Shown piece after piece: positions 15,201 through 28,575 of a stretch of DNA of 64,000 nt. The number at the start of each line of letters is the position of its first letter. The first letter of the stretch is position 1. Under the pieces are notes generated by a model. The model saw only the letters and a list, made by a program, of their open reading frames with translations. It was not told where the DNA came from and ran no database searches. This DNA comes from Auanema rhodensis (lineage: Eukaryota; Animalia; Nematoda), in the NCBI GenBank assembly GCA_964057225.1, contig OZ059895.1, positions 22,382,001-22,446,000 of the forward strand. Direction: 5' to 3'. A program made the translations under genes and the position numbers.

Positions 15201-15201
15201 T
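9218..15201. repeat. Variable-length HOR domain (4-8 monomers) marked by the divergent AAAACGC/TCAGTTC monomer
   Basis: Marker monomers at 9570, 10626, 11330, 11506, 12738, 12914, 14146 and 15026. Spacings are 6, 4, 1, 7, 1, 7 and 5 monomers, with 11330-12737 forming an 8-mer that is repeated 1408 bp later. Confidence 0.85.
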
Positions 15202-18200
15202 ATGCTAATTAAGTGTACACATGATGTGCGCTTGGTATGTAACTCGCTTCACGTGAAAGATAAAGGGATGCGGTTTTCAAAATTAGATTCCCCATGTCCA
15301 TATTAGTCTAAAAACGAATTTTTATTGATATTGATGCATGGTAACCATGACTTTGAAATTTACGTGAACTTTAATTTATGCTTATTAAGTGTACACGTGA
15401 TGTGCACTTGGTATGTAACTTGCTTCACATGAAAGATAAAGGGATGCGGTTTTCAAAATTAGATTCCCCATGTCCATATTAGTCTAAAAACAAATTTTTG
15501 TTGATATTGGTGGATGGTAACCATGACTTTGAAATTTACGTGAACTTTAATTTATGCTAATTAAGTGTACACGTGATGTGCACTCGGTATGTAACTCGCT
15601 TCACGTGAAATATGAAGAGATGCGGTTTTCAAAATTAGATTCCCCATGTCCATATTAGTCTAAAAACAAATTTTTATTAATATTGGTGCTTGGTAACCAT
15701 GACTTTGAAATTTACGTGAACTTTAATTTATGCTAATTAAGTGAACACATGATGTGCACTTGGTATGTAACTCGCTTCACGTGAAAGATAGAGAGATGCG
15801 GTTTTCAAAATAGATTCCCCATGTCCATATTAGTCTAAAAACGAATTTTTATTGATATTGATTCATGGTAACCATGACTTGGAAATTTACGTGAACTTTA
15901 ATTTATGCTTATTAAGTGTACACGTGATGTGCACTTGGTATGTAACTCGCTTCACGTGAAAGATAAAGGGATGCGGTTTTCAAAATTAGATTCCCCATGT
16001 CCATATTAGTCTAAAAACAAATTTTTATTAATATTGGTGCATGGTAACCATGACTTTGAAATTTACGTGAACTTTAATTTATGCTAATTAAGTGTACACA
16101 TGATGTGCGCTTGGTATGTAACTCGCTTCACGTGAAAGATAAAGAGATGCGGTTTACAAAATTAGATTCCCCATTTCCATATTAGTCTAAAAACAATATT
16201 TTATTGATATTGGTGCATGGCAACCATGACTTTAAAATTTACGTGAACTTTAATTTATGCTAATTAAGTGTACACATGATGTGCACTTGGTATGTAACTC
16301 GCTTCACGTCAAAGATAAAGAGATGCGGTTTTCAAAATTAGATTCCCCATGTCCATATTAGTCTAAAAACACATTTTTATTAATATTGGTGCATGGTAAC
16401 CATGACTTTGAAATTTACGTGAACTTTAATTTATGCTTATTAAGTGTACACATGATGTGCGCTTGGTATGTAACTCGCTTCACGTGAAAGATAAAGAGAT
16501 GCGGTTTTCAAAATTAGATTCCTCATGTCCATATTAGTCTAAAAACGAATTTTTATTGATATTGATGCATGGTAACCATGACTTTGAAATTTACGTGAAC
16601 TTTAATTTATGCTTATTAAGTGTACACGTGATGTGCACTTGGTATGTAACTTGCTTCACGTGAAAGATAAAGGGATGCGGTTTTCAAAATTAGATTCCCC
16701 ATGTCCATATTAGTCTAAAAACAAATTTTTGCTGATATTGGTGGATGGTAACCATGACTTTGAAATTTAAGTGAACTTTAATTTATGCTAATTAAGTGTA
16801 CACGTGATGTGCACTCGGTATGTAACTCGCTTCACGTGAAATATGAAGAGATGCGGTTTTCAAAATTAGATTCCCCATGTCCATATTAGTCTAAAAACAA
16901 ATTTTTATTAATATTGGTGCTTGGTAACCATGACTTTGAAATTTACGTGAACTTTAATTTATGCTAATTAAGTGAACACATGATGTGCACTTGGTATGTA
17001 ACTCGCTTCACGTGAAAGATAGAGAGATGCGGTTTTCAAAATAGATTCCCCATGTCCATATTAGTCTAAAAACGAATTTTTATTGATATTGATTCATGGT
17101 AACCATGACTTGGAAATTTACGTGAACTTTAATTTATGCTTATTAAGTGTACACGTGATGTGCACTTGGTATGTAACTCGCTTCACGTGAAAGATAAAGG
17201 GATGCGGTTTTTAAAATTAGATTCCCCATGTCCATATTAGTCTAAAAACAAATTTTTATTAATATTGGTGCATGGTAACCATGACTTTGAAATTTACGTG
17301 AACTTTAATTTATGCTAATTAAGTGTACACATGATGTGCGCTTGGTATGTAACTCGCTTCACGTCGAAAGATAAAGAGATGCGGTTTTCAAAATTAGATT
17401 CCCCATTTCCATATTAGTCTAAAAACAATATTTTATTGATATTGGTGCATGGCAACCATGACTTTAAAATTTACGTGAACTTTAATTTATGCTAATTAAG
17501 TGTACACATGATGTGCACTTGGTATGTAACTCGCTTCACGTCAAAGATAAAGAGATGCGGTTTTCAAAATTAGATTCCCCATGTCCATATTAGTCTAAAA
17601 ACAAATTTTTATTAATATTGGTGCATGGTAACCATGACTTTGAAATTTACGTGAACTTTAATTTATGCTAATTAAGTGTACACATGATGTGCACTTGGTA
17701 TGTAAAACGCTTCACGTCAAAGATAAAGAGATGCGGTTTTCCAAATTAGATTCCCCATGTCCATATCAGTTCAAAAACAAATTTTTGTTGATATTGGTGG
17801 ATGGTAACCATGACTTTGAAATTTACGTGAACTTTAATTTATGCTAATTAAGTGTACACATGATGTGCGCTTGGTATGTAACTCGCTTCACGTGAAAGAT
17901 AAAGGGATGCGGTTTTCAAAATTAGATTCCCCATGTCCATATTAGTCTAAAAACGAATTTTTATTGATATTGATGCATGGTAACTATGACTTTGAAATTT
18001 ACGTGAACTTTAATTTATGCTAATTAAGTGTACACATGATGTGCACTTGGTATGTAACTCGCTTCACGTCAACGATAAAGAGATGCGGTTTTCAAAATTA
18101 GATTCCCCATGTCCATATTAGTCTAAAAACAAATTTTTATTAATATTGGTGCATGGTAACCATGACTTTGAAATTTACGTGAACTTTAATTTATGCTTAT

Positions 18201-21200
18201 TAAGTGTACACGTGATGTGCACTTGGTATGTAACTTGCTTCACGTGAAAGATAAAGGGATGCGGTTTTCAAAATTAGATTCCCCATGTCCATATTAGTCT
18301 AAAAACAAATTTTTGTTGATATTGGTGGATGGTAACCATGACTTTGAAATTTACGTGAACTTTAATTTATGCTAATTAAGTGTACACGTGATGTGCACTC
18401 GGTATGTAACTCGCTTCACGTGAAATATGAAGAGATGCCGTTTTCAAAATTAGATTCCCCATGTCCATATTAGTCTAAAAACAAATTTTTATTAATATTG
18501 GTGCTTGGTAACCATGACTTTGAAATTTACGTGAACTTTAATTTATGCTAATTAAGTGAACACATGATGTGCACTTGGTATGTAACTCGCTTCACGTGAA
18601 AGATAAAGAGATGCGGTTTTCAAAATTAGATTTCGCATGTCCATATTAGTCTAAAAACAATTTTTTATTGATATTGGTGCATGGTAACCATGACTTTAAA
18701 ATTTACGTGAACTTTAATTTATGCTAATTAAGTGTACACATGATGTGCGCTTGGTATGTAACTCGCTTCACGTGAAAGATAAAGAGATGCGGTTTTCAAA
18801 ATTAGATTCCTCATGTCCATATTAGTCTGAAAACGAATTTTTATTGATATTGATGCATGGTAACTATGACTTTGAAATTTACGTGAACTTTAATTTATGC
18901 TAATTAAGTGTACACATGATGTGCACTTGGTATGTAACTCGCTTCACGTCAACGATAAAGAGATGCGGTTTTCAAAATTAGATTCCCCATGTCCATATTA
19001 GTCTAAAAACAAATTTTTATTAATATTGGTGCATGGTAACCATGACTTTGAAATTTACGTGAACTTTAATTTATGCTAATTAAGTGTACACATGATGTGC
19101 ACTTGGTATGTAAAACGCTTCACGTCAAAGATAAAGAGATGCGGTTTTCCAAATTAGATTCCCCATGTCCATATCAGTTCAAAAACAAATTTTTGTTGAT
19201 ATTGGTGGATGGTAACCATGACTTTGAAATTTACGTGAACTTTAATTTATGCTAATTAAGTGTACACATGATGTGCGCTTGGTATGTAACTCGCTTCACG
19301 TGAAAGATAAAGGGATGCGGTTTTCAAAATTAGATTCCCCATGTCCATATTAGTCTAAAAACGAATTTTTATTGATATTGATGCATGGTAACCATGACTT
19401 TGAAATTTACGTGAACTTTAATTTATGCTTATTAAGTGTACACGTGATGTGCACTTGGTATGTAACTTGCTTCACGTGAAAGATAAAGGGATGCGGTTTT
19501 CAAAATTAGATTCCCCATGTCCATATTAGTCTAAAAACAAATTTTTGTTGATATTGGTGGATGGTAACCATGACTTTGAAATTTACGTGAACTTTAATTT
19601 ATGCTAATTAAGTGTACACGTGATGTGCACTCGGTATGTAACTCGCTTCACGTGAAATATGAAGAGATGCGGTTTTCAAAATTAGATTCCCCATGTCCAT
19701 ATTAGTCTAAAAACAAATTTTTATTAATATTGGTGCTTGGTAACCATGACTTTGAAATTTACGTGAACTTTAATTTATGCTAATTAAGTGAACACATGAT
19801 GTGCACTTGGTATGTAACTCGCTTCACGTGAAAGATAGAGAGATGCGGTTTTCAAAATAGATTCCCCATGTCCATATTAGTCTAAAAACGAATTTTTATT
19901 GATATTGATTCATGGTAACCATGACTTGGAAATTTACGTGAACTTTAATTTATGCTTATTAAGTGTACACGTGATGTGCACTTGGTATGTAACTCGCTTC
20001 ACGTGAAAGATAAAGGGATGCGGTTTTCAAAATTAGATTCCCCATGTCCATATTAGTCTAAAAACAAATTTTTATTAATATTGGTGCATGGTAACCATGA
20101 CTTTGAAATTTACGTGAACTTTAATTTATGCTAATTAAGTGTACACATGATGTGCGCTTGGTATGTAACTCGCTTCACGTGAAAGATAAAGAGATGCGGT
20201 TTTCAAAATTAGATTCCCCATTTCCATATTAGTCTAAAAACAATATTTTATTGATATTGGTGCATGGCAACCATGACTTTAAAATTTACGTGAACTTTAA
20301 TTTATGCTAATTAAGTGTACACATGATGTGCACTTGGTATGTAACTCGCTTCACGTCAAAGATAAAGAGATGCGGTTTTCAAAATTAGATTCCCCATGTC
20401 CATATTAGTCTAAAAACACATTTTTATTAATATTGGTGCATGGTAACCATGACTTTGAAATTTACGTGAACTTTAATTTATGCTTATTAAGTGTACACAT
20501 GATGTGCGCTTGGTATGTAACTCGCTTCACGTGAAAGATAAAGAGATGCGGTTTTCAAAATTAGATTCCTCATGTCCATATTAGTCTAAAAACGAATTTT
20601 TATTGATATTGATGCATGGTAACCATGACTTTGAAATTTACGTGAACTTTAATTTATGCTTATTAAGTGTACACGTGATGTGCACTTGGTATGTAACTTG
20701 CTTCACGTGAAAGATAAAGGGATGCGGTTTTCAAAATTAGATTCCCCATGTCCATATTAGTCTAAAAACAAATTTTTGTTGATATTGGTGGATGGTAACC
20801 ATGACTTTGAAATTTAAGTGAACTTTAATTTATGCTAATTAAGTGTACACGTGATGTGCACTCGGTATGTAACTCGCTTCACGTGAAATATGAAGAGATG
20901 CGGTTTTCAAAATTAGATTCCCCATGTCCATATTAGTCTAAAAACAAATTTTTATTAATATTGGTGCTTGGTAACCATGACTTTGAAATTTACGTGAACT
21001 TTAATTTATGCTAATTAAGTGAACACATGATGTGCACTTGGTATGTAACTCGCTTCACGTGAAAGATAGAGAGATGCGGTTTTCAAAATAGATTCCCCAT
21101 GTCCATATTAGTCTAAAAACGAATTTTTATTGATATTGATTCATGGTAACCATGACTTGGAAATTTACGTGAACTTTAATTTATGCTTATTAAGTGTACA

Positions 21201-21700
21201 CGTGATGTGCACTTGGTATGTAACTCGCTTCACGTGAAAGATAAAGGGATGCGGTTTTCAAAATTAGATTCCCCATGTCCATATTAGTCTAAAAACAAAT
21301 TTTTATTAATATTGGTGCATGGTAACCATGACTTTGAAATTTACGTGAACTTGAATTTATGCTAATCAAGTGTACACATGATGTGCGCTTGGTATGTAAC
21401 TCGCTTCACGTCGAAAGATAAAGAGATGCGGTTTTCAAAATTAGATTCCCCATTTCCATATTAGTCTAAAAACAATATTTTATTGATATTGGTGCATGGC
21501 AACCATGACTTTAAAATTTACGTGAACTTTAATTTATGCTAATTAAGTGTACACATGATGTGCACTTGGTATGTAACTCGCTTCACGTCAAAGATAAAGA
21601 GATGCGGTTTTCAAAATTAGATTCCCCATTTCCATATTAGTCTAAAAACAATATTTTATTGATATTGGTGCATGGTAACCATGACTTTGAAATTTACGTG
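14498..21700. repeat. 23-monomer (4047-bp offset) duplication containing a 7-mer HOR
   Basis: Matched pairs at offset 4047: 14498/18545, 15026/19073, AATTTAAGTG 16764/20811 and first 177-bp monomer 17312/21359. Confidence 0.85.
15730..17488. repeat. 7-monomer HOR unit, 1231 bp (six 176-bp monomers plus one 175-bp monomer)
   Basis: The 175-bp GTGAACAC/GATAGAGAG monomer recurs at 15730/16961, 19777/21008 and 27697/28928, always 1231 bp apart. A 1231-bp offset is also seen for the CATGTTGTG variant near 800 and 2031. Confidence 0.85.
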
Positions 21701-21711
21701 AACTTTAATTT

Positions 21712-22419
21712 ATGCTAATTAAGTGTACACATGATGTGCGCTTGGTATGTAACTCGCTTCACGTCGAAAGATAAAGAGATGCGGTTTTCAAAATTAGATT
21801 CCCCATTTCCATATTAGTCTAAAAACAATATTTTATTGATATTGGTGCATGGCAACCATGACTTTGAAATTTACGTGAACTTTAATTTATGCTAATTAAG
21901 TGTACACATGATGTGCGCTTGGTATGTAACTCGCTTCACGTCGAAAGATAAAGAGATGCGGTTTTCAAAATTAGATTCCCCATTTCCATATTAGTCTAAA
22001 AACAATATTTTATTGATATTGGTGCATGGCAACCATGACTTTGAAATTTACGTGAACTTTAATTTATGCTAATTAAGTGTACACATGATGTGCGCTTGGT
22101 ATGTAACTCGCTTCACGTCGAAAGATAAAGAGATGCGGTTTTCAAAATTAGATTCCCCATTTCCATATTAGTCTAAAAACAATATTTTATTGATATTGGT
22201 GCATGGTAACCATGACTTTGAAATTTACGTGAACTTTAATTTATGCTAATTAAGTGTACACATGATGTGCGCTTGGTATGTAACTCGCTTCACGTCGAAA
22301 GATAAAGAGATGCGGTTTTCAAAATTAGATTCCCCATTTCCATATTAGTCTAAAAACAATATTTTATTGATATTGGTGCATGGCAACCATGACTTTAAAA
22401 TTTACGTGAACTTTAATTT
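21712..22419. repeat. Run of four 177-bp variant monomers (CACGTCGAAA insertion)
   Basis: Monomer starts at 21712, 21889, 22066 and 22243, spaced 177 bp. Runs of three occur at 29632-30162 and 41422-41952. Confidence 0.9.
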
Positions 22420-22595
22420 ATGCTAATTAAGTGTACACATGATGTGCGCTTGGTATGTAACTCGCTTCACGTGAAAGATAAAGAGATGCGGTTTTCAAAA
22501 TTAGATTCCTCATGTCCATACTAGTCTAAAAACGAATTTTTATTGATATTGATGCATGGTAACCATGACTTTGAAATTTACGTGAACTTTAATTT

Positions 22596-25500
22596 ATGCT
22601 TATTAAGTGTACACGTGATGTGCACTTGGTATGTAACTCGCTTCACGTGAAAGATAAAGGGATGCGGTTTTCAAAATTAGATTCCCCATGTCCATATTAG
22701 TCTAAAAACAAATTTTTATTAATATTGGTGCATGGTAACCATGACTTTGAAATTTACGTGAACTTTAATTTATGCTAATTAAGTGTACACATGATGTGCG
22801 CTTGGTATGTAACTCGCTTCACGTGAAAGATAAAGAGATGCGGTTTTCAAAATTAGATTCCCCATTTCCATATTAGTCTAAAAACAATATTTTATTGATA
22901 TTGGTGCATGGCAACCATGACTTTAAAATTTACGTGAACTTTAATTTATGCTAATTAAGTGTACACATGATGTGCACTTGGTATGTAACTCGCTTCACGT
23001 CAAAGATAAAGAGATGCGGTTTTCAAAATTAGATTCCCCATGTCCATATTAGTCTAAAAACAAATTTTTATTAATATTGGTGCATGGTAACCATGACTTT
23101 GAAATTTACGTGAACTTTAATTTATGCTAATTAAGTGTACACATGATGTGCGCTTGGTATGTAACTCGCTTCACGTGAAAGATAAAGAGATGCGGTTTTC
23201 AAAATTAGATTCCTCATGTCCATACTAGTCTAAAAACGAATTTTTATTGATATTGATGCATGGTAACCATGACTTTGAAATTTACGTGAACTTTAATTTA
23301 TGCTTATTAAGTGTACACGTGATGTGCACTTGGTATGTAACTTGCTTCACGTGAAAGATAAAGGGATGCGGTTTTCAAAATTAGATTCCCCATGTCCATA
23401 TTAGTCTAAAAACAAATTTTTGTTGATATTGGTGGATGGTAACCATGACTTTGTAATTTACGTGAACTTTAATTTATGCTAATTAAGTGTACACGTGATG
23501 TGCACTTGGTATGTAACTCGCTTCACGTGAAAGATAAAGAGATGCGGTTTTCAAAATTAGATTCCTCATGTCCATATTAGTCTAAAAACAAATTTTCATT
23601 GATATTGATGCATGGTAACCATGACTTTGAAATTTACGTGAACTTTAATTTATGCTTATTAAGTGTACACATGATGTGCGCTTGGTATGTAACTCGCTTC
23701 ACGTGAAAGATAAAGAGATGCGGTTTTCAAAATTAGATTCCTCATGTCCATATTAGTCTAAAAACGAATTTTTATTGATATTGATGCATGGTAACCATGA
23801 CTTTGAAATTTACGTGAACTTTAATTTATGCTTATTAAGTGTACACGTGATGTGCACTTGGTATGTAACTTGCTTCACGTGAAAGATAAAGGGATGCGGT
23901 TTTCAAAATTAGATTCCCCATGTCCATATTAGTCTAAAAACAAATTTTTGTTGATATTGATGCATGGTAACCATGACTTTGAAATTTACGTGAACTTTAA
24001 TTTATGCTTATTAAGTGTACACGTGATGTGCACTTGGTATGTAACTCGCTTCACGTGAAAGATAAAGGGATGCGGTTTTCAAAATTAGATTCCCCATGTC
24101 CATATTAGTCTAAAAACAAATTTTTATTAATATTGGTGCATGGTAACCATGACTTTGAAATTTACGTGAACTTTAATTTATGCTAATTAAGTGTACACAT
24201 GATGTGCGCTTGGTATGTAACTCGCTTCACGTGAAAGATAAAGAGATGCGGTTTTCAAAATTAGATTCCCCATTTCCATATTAGTCTAAAAACAATATTT
24301 TATTGATATTGGTGCATGGCAACCATGACTTTGAAATTTACGTGAACTTTAATTTATGCTAATTAAGTGTACACATGATGTGCGCTTGGTATGTAACTCG
24401 CTTCACGTGAAAGATAAAGAGATGCGGTTTTCAAAATTAGATTCCTCATGTCCATACTAGTCTAAAAACGAATTTTTATTGATATTGATGCATGGTAACC
24501 ATGACTTTGAAATTTACGTGAACTTTAATTTATGCTTATTAAGTGTACACGTGATGTGCACTTGGTATGTAACTTGCTTCACGTGAAAGATAAAGGGATG
24601 CGGTTTTCAAAATTAGATTCCCCATGTCCATATTAGTCTAAAAACAAATTTTTGTTGATATTGGTGGATGGTAACCATGACTTTGTAATTTACGTGAACT
24701 TTAATTTATGCTAATTAAGTGTACACGTGATGTGCACTTGGTATGTAACTCGCTTCACGTGAAAGATAAAGAGATGCGGTTTTCAAAATTAGATTCCTCA
24801 TGTCCATATTAGTCTAAAAACAAATTTTCATTGATATTGATGCATGGTAACCATGACTTTGAAATTTACGTGAACTTTAATTTATGCTTATTAAGTGTAC
24901 ACATGATGTGCGCTTGGTATGTAACTCGCTTCACGTGAAAGATAAAGAGATGCGGTTTTCAAAATTAGATTCCTCATGTCCATATTAGTCTAAAAACGAA
25001 TTTTTATTGATATTGATGCATGGTAACCATGACTTTGAAATTTACGTGAACTTTAATTTATGCTTATTAAGTGTACACGTGATGTGCACTTGGTATGTAA
25101 CTTGCTTCACGTGAAAGATAAAGGGATGCGGTTTTCAAAATTAGATTCCCCATGTCCATATTAGTCTAAAAACAAATTTTTGTTGATATTGATGCATGGT
25201 AACCATGACTTTGAAATTTACGTGAACTTTAATTTATGCTTATTAAGTGTACACGTGATGTGCACTTGGTATGTAACTCGCTTCACGTGAAAGATAAAGG
25301 GATGCGGTTTTCAAAATTAGATTCCCCATGTCCATATTAGTCTAAAAACAAATTTTTATTAATATTGGTGCATGGTAACCATGACTTTGAAATTTACGTG
25401 AACTTTAATTTATGCTAATTAAGTGTACACATGATGTGCGCTTGGTATGTAACTCGCTTCACGTGAAAGATAAAGAGATGCGGTTTTCAAAATTAGATTC

Positions 25501-26643
25501 CCCATTTCCATATTAGTCTAAAAACAATATTTTATTGATATTGGTGCATGGCAACCATGACTTTAAAATTTACGTGAACTTTAATTTATGCTAATTAAGT
25601 GTACACATGATGTGCACTTGGTATGTAACTCGCTTCACGTCAAAGATAAAGAGATGCGGTTTTCAAAATTAGATTCCCCATGTCCATATTAGTCTAAAAA
25701 CAAATTTTTATTAATATTGGTGCATGGTAACCATGACTTTGAAATTTACGTGAACTTTAATTTATGCTAATTAAGTGTACACATGATGTGCGCTTGGTAT
25801 GTAACTCGCTTCACGTGAAAGATAAAGAGATGCGGTTTTCAAAATTAGATTCCTCATGTCCATACTAGTCTAAAAACGAATTTTTATTGATATTGATGCA
25901 TGGTAACCATGACTTTGAAATTTACGTGAACTTTAATTTATGCTTATTAAGTGTACACGTGATGTGCACTTGGTATGTAACTTGCTTCACGTGAAAGATA
26001 AAGGGATGCGGTTTTCAAAATTAGATTCCCCATGTCCATATTAGTCTAAAAACAAATTTTTGTTGATATTGGTGGATGGTAACCATGACTTTGTAATTTA
26101 CGTGAACTTTAATTTATGCTAATTAAGTGTACACGTGATGTGCACTTGGTATGTAACTCGCTTCACGTGAAAGATAAAGAGATGCGGTTTTCAAAATTAG
26201 ATTCCTCATGTCCATATTAGTCTAAAAACAAATTTTCATTGATATTGATGCATGGTAACCATGACTTTGAAATTTACGTGAACTTTAATTTATGCTTATT
26301 AAGTGTACACATGATGTGCGCTTGGTATGTAACTCGCTTCACGTGAAAGATAAAGAGATGCGGTTTTCAAAATTAGATTCCTCATGTCCATATTAGTCTA
26401 AAAACGAATTTTTATTGATATTGATGCATGGTAACCATGACTTTGAAATTTACGTGAACTTTAATTTATGCTTATTAAGTGTACACGTGATGTGCACTTG
26501 GTATGTAACTTGCTTCACGTGAAAGATAAAGGGATGCGGTTTTCAAAATTAGATTCCCCATGTCCATATTAGTCTAAAAACAAATTTTTGTTGATATTGG
26601 TGGATGGTAACCATGACTTTGAAATTTACGTGAACTTTAATTT
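22596..26643. repeat. Triplicated 8/7/8-monomer HOR
   Basis: Units start at 22596, 24004 and 25236 (1408 and 1232 bp apart). Sequence lines at 22561 and 25201 (offset 2640) read identically. CAAATTTTCATT occurs once per unit. Confidence 0.85.
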
Positions 26644-28575
26644 ATGCTAATTAAGTGTACACGTGATGTGCACTCGGTATGTAACTCGCTTCACGTGAAA
26701 TATGAAGAGATGCGGTTTTCAAAATTAGATTCCCCATGTCCATATTAGTCTAAAAACAAATTTTTTTTAATATTGGTGCTTGGTAACCATGACTTTGAAA
26801 TTTACGTGAACTTTAATTTATGCTAATTAAGTGAACACATGATGTGCACTTGGTATGTAACTCGCTTCACGTGAAAGATAGAGAGATGCGGTTTTCAAAA
26901 TAGATTCCCCATGTCCATATTAGTCTAAAAACGAATTTTTATTGATATTGATTCATGGTAACCATGACTTTGAAAATTACGTGAACTTTAATTTATGCTA
27001 ATTAAGTGAACACATGATGTGCACTTGGTATGTAACTCGCTTCACGTGAAAGATAAAGAGATGTGGTTTTCAAAATAGATTCCCCATGTCCATATTAGTC
27101 TAAAAACGAATTTTTATTGATATTGATTCATGGTAACCATGACTTTGAAAATTACGTGAACTTTAATTTATGCTTATTAAGTGTGCACGTGATGTGCACT
27201 TGGTATGTAACTCGCTTCACGTGAAAGATAAAGGGATGCGGTTTTCAAAATTAGATTCCCCATGTCCATATTAGTCTAAAAACAAATTTTTATTAATATT
27301 GGTGCATGGTAACCATGACTTTGAAATTTACGTGAACTTTAATTTATGCTAATTAAGTGTACACATGATGTGCGCTTGGTATGTAACTCGCTTCACGTGA
27401 AAGATAAAGAGATGTGGTTTTCAAAATAGATTCCCCATGTCCATATTAGTCTAAAAACGAATTTTTATTGATATTGATTCATGGTAACCATGACTTTGAA
27501 AATTACGTGAACTTTAATTTATGCTTATTAAGTGTACACGTGATGTGCACTTGGTGTGTAACTCGCTTCACGTGAAAGATAAAGGGATGCGGTTTTCAAA
27601 ATTAGATTCCCCATGTCCATATTAGTCTAAAAACAAATTTTTATTAATATTGGTGCATGGTAACCATGACTTTGAAATTTACGTGAACTTTAATTTATGC
27701 TAATTAAGTGAACACATGATGTGCACTTGGTATGTAACTCGCTTCACGTGAAAGATAGAGAGATGCGGTTTTCAAAATAGATTCCCCATGTCCATATTAG
27801 TCTAAAAACGAATTTTTATTGATATTGATTCATGGTAACCATGACTTGGAAATTTACGTGAACTTTAATTTATGCTTATTAAGTGTACACGTGATGTGCA
27901 CTTGGTATGTAACTCGCTTCACGTGAAAGATAAAGGGATGCGGTTTTCAAAATTAGATTCCCCATGTCCATATTAGTCTAAAAACAAATTTTTATTAATA
28001 TTGGTGCATGGTAACCATGACTTTGAAATTTACGTGAACTTTAATTTATGCTAATTAAGTGTACACATGATGTGCGCTTGGTATGTAACTCGCTTCACGT
28101 GAAAGATAAAGAGATGCGGTTTTCAAAATTAGATTCCCCATTTCCATATTAGTCTAAAAACAATATTTTATTGATATTGGTGCATGGCAACCATGACTTT
28201 AAAATTTACGTGAACTTTAATTTATGCTAATTAAGTGTACACATGATGTGCACTTGGTATGTAACTCGCTTCACGTCAAAGATAAAGAGATGCGGTTTTC
28301 AAAATTAGATTCCCCATGTCCATATTAGTCTAAAAACACATTTTTATTAATATTGGTGCATGGTAACCATGACTTTGAAATTTACGTGAACTTTAATTTA
28401 TGCTTATTAAGTGTACACATGATGTGCGCTTGGTATGTAACTCGCTTCACGTGAAAGATAAAGAGATGCGGTTTTCAAAATTAGATTCCTCATGTCCATA
28501 TTAGTCTAAAAACGAATTTTTATTGATATTGATGCATGGTAACCATGACTTTGAAATTTACGTGAACTTTAATTT

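Noticed and set aside
21712-22419. 177-bp monomers (multiple of 3) forming a long repeat-protein ORF
   Set aside because: The ATG frame stops immediately after the insertion (GTC GAA AGA TAA), and the ORF track shows no long ORF in any frame.
19777-27696. Exact compensation of five 175-bp and five 177-bp monomers (7920 = 45x176) as a phase-keeping mechanism
   Set aside because: Other blocks are not compensated (offsets 1933, 4047, 4398, 11790), so this is most likely coincidence.
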